From an uncultured bacterium (lineage in GTDB: Bacteria > Fidelibacterota > Marinisomatia > Marinisomatales > UBA1611), in NCBI GenBank assembly GCA_965660855.1, contig CBFIBM010000014.1:1-42514 (forward strand): a stretch of DNA of 42,514 nt. The letters run 5' to 3'. The position numbers and the translations under genes are program-made. Numbering within the stretch: the first letter of the stretch is position 1; every line of letters starts with the position of its first letter. This document shows positions 23,927 through 33,340 of this stretch, in pieces. The notes below the pieces were generated by a model. That model worked only from the letters and a program-made list of their open reading frames with translations, was not told the DNA's origin and did not search any database.

Positions 23927-26077
23927 ATGCAAATAAAAGAAAAAAGTATCGCAGGTAAGAACCTACGATTAGAGACAGGAAGAATAGCTCGTCAAAGTAA
24001 TGGGGCTGTTCTCGTCACTTATGGAGAAACAACGGTCCTCGCAACAGTGAATGCTGCAAAAGAAGCAAGAGAAGATATCAATTTTTTCCCACTGCAAGTT
24101 GAATATCGTGAGAAACATTATGCTGGTGGTAAAATTCCCGGTGGTTTCTTTAAAAGGGAAGCAAGACCAGCTGAGCATGAAGTACTTACTAGTCGAGTCA
24201 CTGATAGACCACTTCGCCCGCTATTTCCTAAAGGATATAAAAATGAAGTTCAGGTTATGATAACTGTATTGCAAAGTGACGGTGAGAATATGCCAGATAT
24301 ACTAGCTGGCATTGGTGCATCTGCGGCTTTAATGTGCTCTACAATTCCTTGGAATGGTCCAATTGCCACAGTCAGAGTTGGTAGAATTAATGAGTCAGTA
24401 ATAATAAATCCTACTCGTGATCAAATGGAAGAATCTGACCTTGAAATGGTAGTATCAGGTAATCATGAAACAATTGTTATGGTTGAAGGTGAAGCTGAAT
24501 CGATGACTGAATCTGAAATGCTCGATTCATTAAAAGAAGCACATTTAGTTATTAAAGAAATTATTCAACTACAAAAAGAACTTGTTTCAGAGCTAAATGT
24601 TCAGAAAGATGAATTCATTTCTCCGGAGCCAAACTCTAAACTTATCTCTGCTATTGAAAAAGAAGTAGGTAATCAAATTGAGGAAATCGTGAGAATTGTA
24701 GATAAACATGAAAGGTCTAACTCTAAATCTGAATTAGTAGAATCTATTTTAGAAGCGTGTGAAACTGATTTTCCAGATCAATCTGGTGAAATTAAAGAGA
24801 TTATAGACAATAAGTTTAAAGCTGGTTTCCGTGAACAAATATTATCAACCGGTAAAAGAAGCGATGGTCGTAGTACTGATGATATAAGAAAAATTACCGT
24901 TGAGCCAGATATTTTAAAACGAACTCATGGTTCTGCTCTTTTTACGCGAGGTGAAACTCAAGCATTAGTTGTTACTACGCTAGGTTCTAAAAGAGACGAA
25001 ATGATTGTTGATAGCATGGATGATGATTATAAAAAGTCATATTATTTACATTATAATTTTCCCCCTTATTCAGTAGGTGAAGTTGGTCGTATAGGTTTTA
25101 CGGGAAGACGTGAAATAGGACATGGTAATTTAGCCCAAAGAGCTATTAAACCCGTATTACCAGATTATGATGATTTTCCATACACAATACGCATTGTATC
25201 CGAAATTATGGAATCAAATGGTTCATCTTCAATGGCATCCGTTTGTGGAGGCTCATTAAGTCTTATGAGTGCTGGTGCTCCATTAAAAGCTCCCGTTGCT
25301 GGTATAGCAATGGGATTAATAACTGATGGAAAGAGACATGCTATCCTAAGTGATATTTTAGGTATGGAGGACCATTTAGGAGATATGGATTTTAAATTAG
25401 CAGGAACGAGTGATGGAATAACTGCTATACAGCTAGATCTTAAAATAGATGGACTTCCATTTGAAATTATGGAGGAGGCTCTTAAACAGGCAAAAGCTGG
25501 AAGACAACATATCCTCGACGAGATGAATAAGGTACTACCAGAACCCAATGATATTTCACCTTATGCACCTAGAATTATGTCTATAATGATTAATCCTGAA
25601 AAGATAGGTGCTTTAATTGGTCCAGGTGGTAAAAATATAAAGAAGATTATAGAAGATACATCATGCGAAGTTAACGTTGATGATGATGGCATGGTAACAG
25701 TAGCTGGTGAAAATACAGAAAAATGTAATGAAGCTATGGAATTAGTTAAGGCTATTACTTTTGAACCTGAAGTCGGTATGGAATTTGAGGGAAAAGTTAC
25801 TCGCTTAATGTCATTCGGTGCTTTTGTAGAGTTCGTTCCGGGTAGAGAAGGAATGGTTCATATATCTGAATTAGAATGGGCACGTGTTGATAAGGTTGAA
25901 GATGTTCTAAATCCTGGTGATTTGGTTAAAGTCAAGCTAATCAAAGTTGATGATCAAGGAAGACTCGATTTCAGTAGAAAAGCATTACTCGATAAGCCTG
26001 AAGGGTATGTAGAAAGACCGAAAAAGCCTAGAAATGACAGAGGTGGTAAAAGACCTTTCAAGAAAAAAAGATTTTAA
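23927..26077 (+). CDS. pnp: Polyribonucleotide nucleotidyltransferase
   Basis: Two RNase PH domains (GRREIGHG, ESNGSSSMAS, GDMDFK), KH, S1. Confidence 0.99.
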   Translation: MQIKEKSIAGKNLRLETGRIARQSNGAVLVTYGETTVLATVNAAKEAREDINFFPLQVEYREKHYAGGKIPGGFFKREARPAEHEVLTSRVTDRPLRPLFPKGYKNEVQVMITVLQSDGENMPDILAGIGASAALMCSTIPWNGPIATVRVGRINESVIINPTRDQMEESDLEMVVSGNHETIVMVEGEAESMTESEMLDSLKEAHLVIKEIIQLQKELVSELNVQKDEFISPEPNSKLISAIEKEVGNQIEEIVRIVDKHERSNSKSELVESILEACETDFPDQSGEIKEIIDNKFKAGFREQILSTGKRSDGRSTDDIRKITVEPDILKRTHGSALFTRGETQALVVTTLGSKRDEMIVDSMDDDYKKSYYLHYNFPPYSVGEVGRIGFTGRREIGHGNLAQRAIKPVLPDYDDFPYTIRIVSEIMESNGSSSMASVCGGSLSLMSAGAPLKAPVAGIAMGLITDGKRHAILSDILGMEDHLGDMDFKLAGTSDGITAIQLDLKIDGLPFEIMEEALKQAKAGRQHILDEMNKVLPEPNDISPYAPRIMSIMINPEKIGALIGPGGKNIKKIIEDTSCEVNVDDDGMVTVAGENTEKCNEAMELVKAITFEPEVGMEFEGKVTRLMSFGAFVEFVPGREGMVHISELEWARVDKVEDVLNPGDLVKVKLIKVDDQGRLDFSRKALLDKPEGYVERPKKPRNDRGGKRPFKKKRF

Positions 26078-26096
26078 ATTCTTTCTTAATTTAAAA

Positions 26097-26131
26097 AGGA
26101 GCGGTGAATTTCAATGACTTTCACCGCTTTT
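26097..26131 (+). terminator. Terminator after pnp
   Basis: AGCGGTGAA...TTCACCGCT followed by TTT. Confidence 0.6.
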
Positions 26132-26138
26132 AGCTGTA

Positions 26139-27461
26139 ATGAAGCCATTAATTTCTGATCATTATATTAAGAGAAATCCCTCCCCAATTAGAGAGGCACA
26201 GATTATTTTTTCTGGTAGAGATGATTGTGAATCCGTAGGGGTCATTAATTTAGCTATTGGTAATATTTCTCTTCCTATGCATCCAAAAATGATTCAAAAA
26301 ATGAAAGATCTAGGTCACAAGGTATTCGAAGATGGTGTTGTAAAATATGAACCAACCATTGGAAATATAAAAACTAGACAAGCATTTTTAAATATTTTAT
26401 CCTCATTAGAAATAAATACGGATTTGGTCGAATGCTTAGTTACAGATGGTGGATCTGCAGCAATGGAACTAATGCTATTAGGCGTTTGTGGGCCATCTTC
26501 AAAAAATCCAATAATGATGCTAGATCCAACTTATACTAATTATGTTGATTTTAGTAAAAGACTAGCAATACCAACAATTTCCTATCAAAGAAAATTAAAT
26601 AAAAACGGAAATTTTAATCCTTTAGATTATGATCTTATAGAGCAAATGATAATAAAAGAAAAACCATTAGGTCTAATCATAATACCCTATGATAATCCAT
26701 CAGGACAACTGATTGAACATGATTCTCTGATAAAAATTGTGAAAATATGTATTAAACATAATCTATGGATAATTTCAGATGAAGCTTATAGATCTCTTTA
26801 TTATCAAAGAGAGAAAAAAGCATCTAGTATATGGAGTTTAAGCGATAAAGAAGTTAAAGGTATTATTGGAAGAAGAATTAGTATTGAATCAAGTTCTAAA
26901 GTCTGGAACGCTTGTGGCTTAAGAATCGGAGCACTCTTGACTGATAATAAAACTTTTCATAATAAAGCTACTTTTGAATATACAGCAAATTTATCAGCGA
27001 ACACATTAGGACAAGAAATTTTTGGAGTATTGGCAGAACAAAAAAAAGATGAATTGTTAGTGTGGTATAAGAAGCAAAATAAATACTATCGAAATATTAT
27101 AAAAGAATTAAAAATGAATCTGCAAAAAGAAATACCAGGTTTAATTGTTTCGACACCAGAAGCAGCTATTTATTTCATATTAGATTTTAAACACATAGTT
27201 GATAAAAATTTTGATTCAGTTTCATTCACTAATTATTGTGCTTCAGAAGGAAAAATTTTAATTAAAGGAAAATTTTATACCTTACTATTAGCACCAATGA
27301 AATCTTTTTATAATAATCCAAACTTTGGTCAGTTTCAAATGAGATTAGCAGTTGTAGAACCTCCTGAAAAAATTAAGCTCTGTCCAAAAATATTAAAACA
27401 ATTACTACTCAATTATTGTAAAAAAAATAATATAGATATTTCTCTTGATGAAATAAAATGA
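26139..27461 (+). CDS. PLP-dependent aminotransferase class I/II
   Basis: VTDGGS, P.Y.NY, DNPSG, SDEAY, SSSKVWNACGLRIG (PLP lysine). Confidence 0.92.
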   Translation: MKPLISDHYIKRNPSPIREAQIIFSGRDDCESVGVINLAIGNISLPMHPKMIQKMKDLGHKVFEDGVVKYEPTIGNIKTRQAFLNILSSLEINTDLVECLVTDGGSAAMELMLLGVCGPSSKNPIMMLDPTYTNYVDFSKRLAIPTISYQRKLNKNGNFNPLDYDLIEQMIIKEKPLGLIIIPYDNPSGQLIEHDSLIKIVKICIKHNLWIISDEAYRSLYYQREKKASSIWSLSDKEVKGIIGRRISIESSSKVWNACGLRIGALLTDNKTFHNKATFEYTANLSANTLGQEIFGVLAEQKKDELLVWYKKQNKYYRNIIKELKMNLQKEIPGLIVSTPEAAIYFILDFKHIVDKNFDSVSFTNYCASEGKILIKGKFYTLLLAPMKSFYNNPNFGQFQMRLAVVEPPEKIKLCPKILKQLLLNYCKKNNIDISLDEIK

Positions 27462-27498
27462 CACAGCTATTTTAAAGTATAACTTTAAGTAAATATCA

Positions 27499-27852
27499 TT
27501 GTCAAAAGTACAGCCAAAAGTAAAAAAACTATATTATTCTATAGGTGAAGTTAGTGACCTTACTAGCCTCAAAGCGTATGTTTTGAGGTATTGGGAGACA
27601 GAATTTTCATCTCTAAAACCTCCCAAAAATAGAGCTGGGAATAGAACTTATAGACAAAAAGATATTGATATTATTTTAGAAATAAAGGATTTACTATATA
27701 ATAAAAAGTATACAATTGATGGGGCAAGAAATTCTATTTTAAAAAAGTCTGATCCTTCTAATTCTCATTCAATGATAAATGAAAAGCAAAAAGTAATCTT
27801 ATCGAAAATAAAAATAGAGTTAAAATCAATTTTAGATTTATTATCTAGTTAA
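27499..27852 (+). CDS. MerR-family HTH regulator
   Basis: YYSIGEVS..YVLRYWETEF..P.K..GNRTY..KDI..YTIDGA. Confidence 0.92.
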   Translation: MSKVQPKVKKLYYSIGEVSDLTSLKAYVLRYWETEFSSLKPPKNRAGNRTYRQKDIDIILEIKDLLYNKKYTIDGARNSILKKSDPSNSHSMINEKQKVILSKIKIELKSILDLLSS

Positions 27853-27854
27853 TT

Positions 27855-27928
27855 CGGAGCGTGGCGCAGCCCGGTAGCGCACATCAATGGGGTTGATGGG
27901 GTCGCAGGTTCAAATCCTGTCGCTCCGA
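27855..27928 (+). tRNA. tRNA-Pro (anticodon GGG)
   Basis: CGGAGCG/CGCTCCG acceptor stem, CATCA-ATGGGGT-TGATG anticodon arm, GGTTCAAATCC T-arm. Confidence 0.96.
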
Positions 27929-27932
27929 CATT

Positions 27933-28472
27933 TTAGTATATAATTTCATCTGAGTGTTTAAGATGTAAGCTGGCAAGTTTAGTATATTTTTTTGCCCAAC
28001 GAATATTCACTTTTAAAGTATCCATTTCAAGCGTTTTAACTATTTTACCCGGAATTCCGACTACCATACTAAATGGAGGTATTTTTGAGTTCTCTTTAAT
28101 TAAAGTTCCAGCGCCAATAATAGATCCTTTTCCAATAGTACAACCATTCATTAAAATTGCACCCATTCCGACAAGCACACCATCATCGATTGTACATCCA
28201 TGAATTATAGCATTATGACCCACTGTAACATTATCTCCAATGAAAACACCTTGATCGTTTTCTACATGTATCACCGAATTGTCCTGAATATTTGTTTTCT
28301 TACCAATTTTAATTGTGTTGATATCACCTCTAATTACAGTATTATACCATACAGATGATTCATCATCTAGAGAAACATCACCAATAATCTTTGCCCCTGA
28401 TGCAATAAAAACATTATTTTTTAATTTTGGTCTTTTATTCAATTCACTTTGTTTTAAATCAGTTTTATTCAT
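27933..28472 (-). CDS. Gamma carbonic anhydrase family (YrdA/PaaY-like)
   Basis: IRGD, NIQD..H, TVGH..IIHGC, hexapeptide repeats. Confidence 0.93.
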   Translation of the reverse strand: MNKTDLKQSELNKRPKLKNNVFIASGAKIIGDVSLDDESSVWYNTVIRGDINTIKIGKKTNIQDNSVIHVENDQGVFIGDNVTVGHNAIIHGCTIDDGVLVGMGAILMNGCTIGKGSIIGAGTLIKENSKIPPFSMVVGIPGKIVKTLEMDTLKVNIRWAKKYTKLASLHLKHSDEIIY

Positions 28473-28560
28473 TTTTTTTCCAGTATTTAATATATGTTTT
28501 TTTTATTTTTTTTATAGTTAGTAAATTAAAAAGTTAATTATGTGATAATTAGGATAATTT

Positions 28561-29142
28561 TTGCGATATTATAAATTAAAACATTTTATAAAGGTAGTAT
28601 TTTCAGTCTTTTTACTAATATTTACTTCAAATTGCTCTAATACTTTAGCGGTTCTTAGTAATGATAATTTTTATTCTGGAATCAAGGAGATTGAAGACCC
28701 TTATAATGAAAAACTCGTACTCACTCATCAATTTTCTAAAAAGAATCTAAGTCAACTTCCTTTAGTTGTCACAACAGGAATTATTAAAAAGAATAATAAT
28801 ATATACACGGAATTAATCTTTTCATTAAGCAATCCTGAACCCATAAACTTTAATAAGATTGTATTAGCTAATAATAATGAACAAATATGGAACTGGGATG
28901 TTCATAAAAAATATATTGACACATCTACCAACGAAAAAAAATCAATTGAAAAATATATTACCAGAGTTGATATAATGACAAATGTTTTATCAGATTTTTT
29001 TAAATATGAGCCTATATATTTAACATTTATTGGTGATTCTGTTGTAAATAAAAAGCTAAATACAGAACACGTTGAATCTCTTTTAAAGACAATTATTTTC
29101 GCAGATAAAGTACCTAAAGATTATCTTTTAAATAAAAATTAA
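28561..29142 (+). CDS. Hypothetical protein, possible lipoprotein
   Basis: Hydrophobic N-terminus then FTSN-C; no recognised domain. Confidence 0.6.
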   Translation: MRYYKLKHFIKVVFSVFLLIFTSNCSNTLAVLSNDNFYSGIKEIEDPYNEKLVLTHQFSKKNLSQLPLVVTTGIIKKNNNIYTELIFSLSNPEPINFNKIVLANNNEQIWNWDVHKKYIDTSTNEKKSIEKYITRVDIMTNVLSDFFKYEPIYLTFIGDSVVNKKLNTEHVESLLKTIIFADKVPKDYLLNKN

Positions 29143-29148
29143 AAAATT

Positions 29149-29286
29149 TTGAAGGGAAAGAAATTTATTAAAATTTTATTCTTCTTATTTTTTTTGTTTA
29201 CACTAGCTCTTTATTCAAAAATGTATCTTTCTGGTTGGTTCGATATTTTTATCGAGAATGGCTTTGAAGGATTATATGGGCAATAA
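29149..29286 (+). CDS. Unannotated 45-aa single-TM protein
   Basis: MKGKKFIKILFFLFFLFTLALYSKMYLSGWFDIFIENGFEGLYGQ; TTG start 6 nt after the previous stop. Confidence 0.5.
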   Translation: MKGKKFIKILFFLFFLFTLALYSKMYLSGWFDIFIENGFEGLYGQ

Positions 29287-29365
29287 ATCGCTAATTAATT
29301 ATAGATTTAATTGATTATTTTATTTACTTTATGATAACATAAACAAAACCATTCGGGAGAATTTA

Positions 29366-29854
29366 ATGAAGAAAATAATGTTACTGATTTTAGCTTCAAC
29401 TACTTTAATGTTAAGTAGTTGTGCAACTATACTAACAGGATCTAATGATGACATCACTTTTAACTCAAATCCAAACGGAGCAAAAATCCTAATTAATGGT
29501 GCAGAGGTTGGAAAGACACCAGCTGTTGTTTCAGTTAAAAGACCAGGAAATAAAACTACTAATGTAACTTTTCAGTTAAAAGGTTATGAAGATCGTACTT
29601 TTGCTCTACAAAGTACATTTAATATAGCTAGTTGTTGTAATGGAAGTAATTTACTGGGCTGGGGTATTGATTTTGTTACTGGAGCATTATTTAAATATGA
29701 CAAAACCAATTATAGTATGGATTTAGAACCTGTTGCATTTAATATCCAAGATCTTAAGGTAAACCAAGATGGAAGTATTATTGTTCCAGATGTATTAAAC
29801 CGAACTGTTCTAGTGATAGATGGAGAGAGGAACTTAGAATATAGATTCCAATAA
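29366..29854 (+). CDS. PEGA-domain lipoprotein
   Basis: LSS-CATILTG, FNSNPNGAKI.ING..GKTP, KGYE, GIDFVTGA; SD GGGAG. Confidence 0.85.
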   Translation: MKKIMLLILASTTLMLSSCATILTGSNDDITFNSNPNGAKILINGAEVGKTPAVVSVKRPGNKTTNVTFQLKGYEDRTFALQSTFNIASCCNGSNLLGWGIDFVTGALFKYDKTNYSMDLEPVAFNIQDLKVNQDGSIIVPDVLNRTVLVIDGERNLEYRFQ

Positions 29855-29870
29855 AATTCTTTTCTACTTT

Positions 29871-29902
29871 AAAAAAACCCCGTTTATTCGGGGTTTTTTT
29901 TT
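29871..29902. terminator. Bidirectional-type intrinsic terminator
   Basis: AAAAAAACCCCG-tttatt-CGGGGTTTTTTTT. Confidence 0.85.
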
Positions 29903-29913
29903 ATTAATTAAAA

Positions 29914-30843
29914 ATGAAATTAATTGCTGGTGTTGATGAAGTAGGGAGAGGTCCCCTAGCGGGTCCTGTTATTTCTTGCGCAGTCATCTTACCTGAGAAA
30001 CACAATATAGATGGACTGAAAGACTCAAAAAAACTTTCAAAGAAAAAGAGAGAAATATTATTTCCTATTATAATAAAAAATGCAATTAGTTATGGTATTG
30101 GAAGAGTAAGTGAGAAAATAATTGATAAAATCAATATAAGAGAAGCAACCATTATGGCAATGAATAATGCTTTACATAATTTATCTATTATTCCAGAATT
30201 CGCATATATTGATGGAGAAATGTTAAAAAATCAACAAATTCCAAATAAAGGAATTGTAGGTGGGGATAATTTAATTGATTCTATAAAAGCAGCTTCCATA
30301 ATAGCTAAAGTTACAAGAGATAGAATCATGGAAGAATATTCAATAATTTTCCCCTATTACGGCTTTGAAAACAATAAAGGTTACGGAACTAAAAAGCATC
30401 TGGAAGGCCTAAAAAAATATAAATCTTCACCAATACATCGTAATACTTTTAAACCTGTTTCATTGAACCTAGCATCAGTTTTCTGGTATAAAGAGAATAA
30501 ATTAGAAAATATGCTAGCAATTCAATTAATAGGACTAGAATTAATAGAGAAAGGGTTTAGAATTTTAGAAATGAATAAAAATAATATCTCAGAATTCTCT
30601 ATTCATTTAATTGGGAAAAAAAATAAAGTGATTTATTTTTTTCATATCAAAGATCGAGAAAATCGAAATAGAAATTTTTTAAAAAACTCCGTAGAATCAG
30701 ATTTAATAAGTAAATTAAAAGCTGAATCTGTACTTTTTTTAAATAAAACTAAAACAACTTTAAAATATAAATTTATGTGTGGTTTAGTTAATTTATTTAA
30801 TACAAATCCAGATATTGAGTTATTTGAAGTCAATATAAAATAA
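29914..30843 (+). CDS. rnhB: Ribonuclease HII with C-terminal YraN-like extension
   Basis: GVDEVGRGPLAGP, DSKKL, AASIIAKVTRD, NKGYGT..H; about 115 extra C-terminal residues. Confidence 0.93.
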   Translation: MKLIAGVDEVGRGPLAGPVISCAVILPEKHNIDGLKDSKKLSKKKREILFPIIIKNAISYGIGRVSEKIIDKINIREATIMAMNNALHNLSIIPEFAYIDGEMLKNQQIPNKGIVGGDNLIDSIKAASIIAKVTRDRIMEEYSIIFPYYGFENNKGYGTKKHLEGLKKYKSSPIHRNTFKPVSLNLASVFWYKENKLENMLAIQLIGLELIEKGFRILEMNKNNISEFSIHLIGKKNKVIYFFHIKDRENRNRNFLKNSVESDLISKLKAESVLFLNKTKTTLKYKFMCGLVNLFNTNPDIELFEVNIK

Positions 30844-30847
30844 TAAA

Positions 30848-31825
30848 ATGAATAAGAAAAAAATTATAAATGAATTAAAAGCAATATTATGGATCATTTT
30901 AAGTGTTTTACTGATAAAAGTAACCGTATTAGAAGCATATATTGTTCCTACTGGTAGTATGGAGAACACTATCATGACAGGAGACTTTTTAATTGGAAGC
31001 CGGTTTGTTTATGGTATGAGAACTCCAGATTGGCTTGGAATACCTTACACTGATATTGGATTTTCTATACCTTATTATAAGTTTCCTGCATTTAAAAATC
31101 CAGCAGTAGGCGATGTCCTTATCTTTAAATATCCAAGAGATAAATACGTTAAATATGTAAAAAGATGTGTAGCTGGCCCTGGAGATACAATTAGAATTGA
31201 AAATAAAGAACTTTTTGTAAATGGGGAAAAGATACCAATGTGGGAAAATGGTAAGTTTATAATACCTCAATCTATTCCACGAACCTATAATCAAAATGAT
31301 ATTTACTTAAACTCTGAAATAAATATTAATAAAGATAATATGGGACCTATTTATATACCAAAAAAAGATGATATTATATCTATAAATTCAGATTTAGATT
31401 GGAGATATTTATTACCTATAATGATTATGGAAGGTAATAAAGCTATTCTAAAAGATAAAGATGTTACCCTTGAATTCACTCTTCAAGACCAATATGAAAT
31501 TGGTAGAAGGAAAGAGAGTGATAAGGTTTTAAAAGATTACTATCCAAAGGGAAATTTAATTACCCCTTGGTCTAGATCTTTAGTCCAAAAGCATTTTGAT
31601 TTTTTATTTATAAATGGTGTTCCAATAAAAGAGATTTCTGAATATAAAATAAAACAAAATTATTATTGGGCCATGGGTGATAATAGAGATGATAGTTTAG
31701 ATTCTAGGTATTGGGGATTTGTACCAGAAAATTTTATTTTAGGTGAAGCAGTTTTTTCATATTTCTCACTTAATTTAAAAACATGGATACCGAGATGGGA
31801 AAGAATTGGAAAAAGTATAAAATAA
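30848..31825 (+). CDS. lepB: Signal peptidase I
   Basis: PTGSME, YVKRCV, MGDNRD.S.DSRYWGFVP. Confidence 0.97.
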   Translation: MNKKKIINELKAILWIILSVLLIKVTVLEAYIVPTGSMENTIMTGDFLIGSRFVYGMRTPDWLGIPYTDIGFSIPYYKFPAFKNPAVGDVLIFKYPRDKYVKYVKRCVAGPGDTIRIENKELFVNGEKIPMWENGKFIIPQSIPRTYNQNDIYLNSEININKDNMGPIYIPKKDDIISINSDLDWRYLLPIMIMEGNKAILKDKDVTLEFTLQDQYEIGRRKESDKVLKDYYPKGNLITPWSRSLVQKHFDFLFINGVPIKEISEYKIKQNYYWAMGDNRDDSLDSRYWGFVPENFILGEAVFSYFSLNLKTWIPRWERIGKSIK

Positions 31826-31835
31826 AATAACTCTA

Positions 31836-32279
31836 ATGCGAGTATTATTCTCCTTTCTGATAACAACTTTAACTTTAAATTTTTCTTTTTGTCCAACATA
31901 CCCTAGAATGGTTCTATTTTTTACCTATGGGAATAGTAAGTCTGATGCTCTGCTAGATATAAGAAGTATTTTGGAAAAAGATGAATTTAAGATCTTAGAA
32001 TATGCACCAGAGGATGGTTTTTTATTCACGGATTATAAAGAATATAACTGGGGTACCGGAAGGAGACTAGTAGCATATGCTGTCCATATAACAGATAAAA
32101 TTAAAATTACAGGAATGGGAAAAATGGATATCCCAGTATCAGATTTAGGAAGCCCTAATGAATTACAAAAAATTAAAGAATTTGATAGGTTACCATATAG
32201 TGTTCAAAAAAATACATTTTTAAAAATTATAGATCCGTTAGAAAAATTAGGCTATAAACAATTAAAGCAAAGAAATTGA
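31836..32279 (+). CDS. Hypothetical exported protein
   Basis: Signal-like N-terminus; co-oriented 10 nt after lepB. Confidence 0.6.
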   Translation: MRVLFSFLITTLTLNFSFCPTYPRMVLFFTYGNSKSDALLDIRSILEKDEFKILEYAPEDGFLFTDYKEYNWGTGRRLVAYAVHITDKIKITGMGKMDIPVSDLGSPNELQKIKEFDRLPYSVQKNTFLKIIDPLEKLGYKQLKQRN

Positions 32280-32359
32280 TTTCTTGGTTGCGCACTATTG
32301 TTTCTTTTATCAAATTCTCTCTTTAGTTTTATGATTTATGAATTAATTTGTTAAAGATT

Positions 32360-32704
32360 ATGTCTATTGAATTTGGAAATGAGCAGAGTAGAAAAGACTA
32401 CTTAAATAATAAACTAGATGATTTATTATCTGGTATAAACCAAACTTACGGTCAAGTCCTACTTGAGGAACTTGTAACTAGATTAGAAAGGACATTAGCT
32501 GACTTTAATGAAGAGTTTGAGAGTATTGTGGGAAACCTCAAGGATAGTTCAGATAGACGGAATCAAATATTACATGATCTAATGATGGGGAAGAACATGG
32601 AAAATTCTGATGTTAAAATCAATCCTGACCAATTCGAAAATAATGATGACTCATTAAAACCGGAAATGAGTGAATGGGAAAAACGTTTAGAAGGGAAGAA
32701 ATAA
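32360..32704 (+). CDS. Hypothetical acidic helical protein
   Basis: Coiled-coil-like ORF ending EMSEWEKRLEGKK; ATG 32360 preferred. Confidence 0.7.
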   Translation: MSIEFGNEQSRKDYLNNKLDDLLSGINQTYGQVLLEELVTRLERTLADFNEEFESIVGNLKDSSDRRNQILHDLMMGKNMENSDVKINPDQFENNDDSLKPEMSEWEKRLEGKK

Positions 32705-32719
32705 AAAGGTGAAATTACT

Positions 32720-33235
32720 ATGAATGGAAAAGAAAAGTTTATATTTGCAGTTTTAATTGCTCTTGTGGGAGGTGCATTTTACTTCCAAATTATGACAGAC
32801 GAGTTAAATCTTAGGATGGATGAATTAGACTTGGCTGATAAATCACATGTTGATAAAGTATTAAATGAATTTTCAGATAGTTTAAGAGTATATAATCTAA
32901 GATTCAATGGAAGAGGTAAACATATTAGAACTGCCCAGAAAGACATTGTTAGCAATACAGAAATTATAGAAAAGAATACAGATTCATTAGCTACAATGAT
33001 TGATGATGTAAGTTTCAAACTTGATAATTTTCAAAGAGAAACAGATAGAAACTTTAGAAATCTTACAAGTGATCTTGACGATTTGGCCACAGAAATGAAA
33101 GGAACCATTAGAAAGATCAAACAAAATGTTTCTGATATAAAACAAACAAATACTCGCTTAGAACAGCGTATTAAAGAGATAGAAGATTTAGGTATTATCC
33201 AAAAAGCTATTGCAAAAGAAGCAGAAGATAAGTAA
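32720..33235 (+). CDS. Membrane-anchored coiled-coil protein
   Basis: N-terminal TM plus long heptad region; SD AAGGTG. Confidence 0.75.
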   Translation: MNGKEKFIFAVLIALVGGAFYFQIMTDELNLRMDELDLADKSHVDKVLNEFSDSLRVYNLRFNGRGKHIRTAQKDIVSNTEIIEKNTDSLATMIDDVSFKLDNFQRETDRNFRNLTSDLDDLATEMKGTIRKIKQNVSDIKQTNTRLEQRIKEIEDLGIIQKAIAKEAEDK

Positions 33236-33300
33236 CAAGTAATATTTTACTATTTATTTAAATAAGGTATAAAATTTTTAAAAGAGTAGACCTTATTAAA

Positions 33301-33328
33301 GTTTCGCATAATATATATTATGTATAAT
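33301..33328. other. dif-like XerC/XerD recombination site (probable replication terminus)
   Basis: GTTTCGCATAA-TATATA-TTATGTATAAT versus E. coli dif GGTGCGCATAA-TGTATA-TTATGTTAAAT; intergenic; gene orientation flips here. Confidence 0.85.
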
Positions 33329-33340
33329 TAGATAATAAGC

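Noticed and set aside
33301..33340. Xer-exploiting mobile element integrated at dif
   Set aside because: No second dif-like site and no phage or plasmid genes seen on either side
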